From an uncultured delta proteobacterium (lineage in GTDB: Bacteria; Desulfobacterota; WTBG01; CAIYCZ01; CAIRTM01), in contig CAWDSQ010000007.1 in NCBI GenBank assembly GCA_963804955.1, positions 320,001 to 384,000 on the forward strand: a stretch of 64,000 nt of DNA. Reading direction: 5' to 3'. Below are positions 63,391 to 64,000 of this stretch, piece by piece. The translations under genes and the position numbers were made by a program. How positions within the stretch are numbered: position 1 is the first letter of the stretch; each line of letters starts with the position of its first letter. The notes beneath the pieces are model-generated. The model had not been told where the DNA came from and searched no databases. It saw nothing but the letters and a program-made list of their open reading frames with translations.

Positions 63391-64000
63391 ATGGTAACAC
63401 TGAAAATTGATGAAATTCCGGTTCAGGTTCCTGAAGGATCAACGCTGCTTCAGGCAGCTCAAAAGCTCGGTATCTGGATCCCGACTTTATGTCATCATGA
63501 ATCCCTTACCCCCACCGGCGGCTGCAGGCTGTGCGTGGTGGAAATAAAGAGGGATACTACGACTCAAGTTGTCAGCTCCTGTGTGTATAAAGCTGAGGAA
63601 GGTCTTGAGGTGCAGACCGCCACTGAGAAAATCCTGGGTATTCGGCGCTGCATCATTGAACTGCTGCTGGCTGAAGCGCCCGGGGCAGAAGGGCTTCAGG
63701 ACCTGGCCCGTGACCTGGGGGTTAAACCGGTCAAACGTTTTGCCCCAAGAAATGAACTCTGTATTGCCTGCGGCAGATGTGTGCGCGCCTGCAGCGAACT
63801 TGTTGGCGTGAGCGCTATCGGATTCGCCAAACGCGGCTATGAAAAACTGGCGGTATCGCCGTTTTATGAACGGGCAGAGAATTGTATCGGATGCGGCACC
63901 TGTGCGGAAGTCTGCCCGACCGGAGCAATACGTCTTACAGATATCGCTGAAGGTGAAACCGCACGTGCAGCCGACGGAACGACGATTCAGGGACCCGCCC
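63391..64000 (+). CDS. NuoG/HydA N-terminal-like Fe-S subunit (partial, runs off window)
   Basis: AGGAG RBS; IPTLC, GGCRLCVVE, SSC, CIACGRCVRAC, CIGCGTCAEVCP translated by hand. Confidence 0.85.
   Translation, partial: MVTLKIDEIPVQVPEGSTLLQAAQKLGIWIPTLCHHESLTPTGGCRLCVVEIKRDTTTQVVSSCVYKAEEGLEVQTATEKILGIRRCIIELLLAEAPGAEGLQDLARDLGVKPVKRFAPRNELCIACGRCVRACSELVGVSAIGFAKRGYEKLAVSPFYERAENCIGCGTCAEVCPTGAIRLTDIAEGETARAADGTTIQGPA

Overview
Bacterial chromosomal window; gene content (pilR/pilS/pilA with a sigma54 promoter, TMTC-like TPR glycosyltransferase, HydABC/NuoEFG-like module) suggests an anaerobic Desulfobacterota/deltaproteobacterium (inference). Layout: 1-23.4 kb, a large glycan biosynthesis/modification locus in two converging halves, abutting a type IV pilin gene and an O-antigen-ligase-like gene. 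23.8-31.8 kb, pilA, pilS, pilR, pyrCBR, tsaE. 32-35.5 kb, TMTC-like gene and small ORFs. 35.5-40.9 kb, a repeat-bounded mosaic islet (DUF1156 methylase, truncated PD-(D/E)XK nuclease, broken RelE-type toxin-antitoxin pair, AT-rich methyltransferase). 41-55.7 kb, mostly housekeeping (pdxJ, folP, ftsH, tilS, cobD-like, rmlA, rmlC). 56-64 kb, two divergent PadR paralogs and an unusual redox cluster: FAD oxidoreductase, PorD-like ferredoxin, a PorB-like protein lacking the TPP motif, and NuoE/F/G-like subunits. This cluster is the best candidate for an undescribed system. Several MITE/REP-like palindromic elements lie in intergenic DNA. At least a dozen genes, including normally essential tilS, are split by frameshifts, which most likely reflects indel sequencing errors. 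No rRNA, tRNA or CRISPR array was found. All calls are by eye from motifs; no database searches were run.
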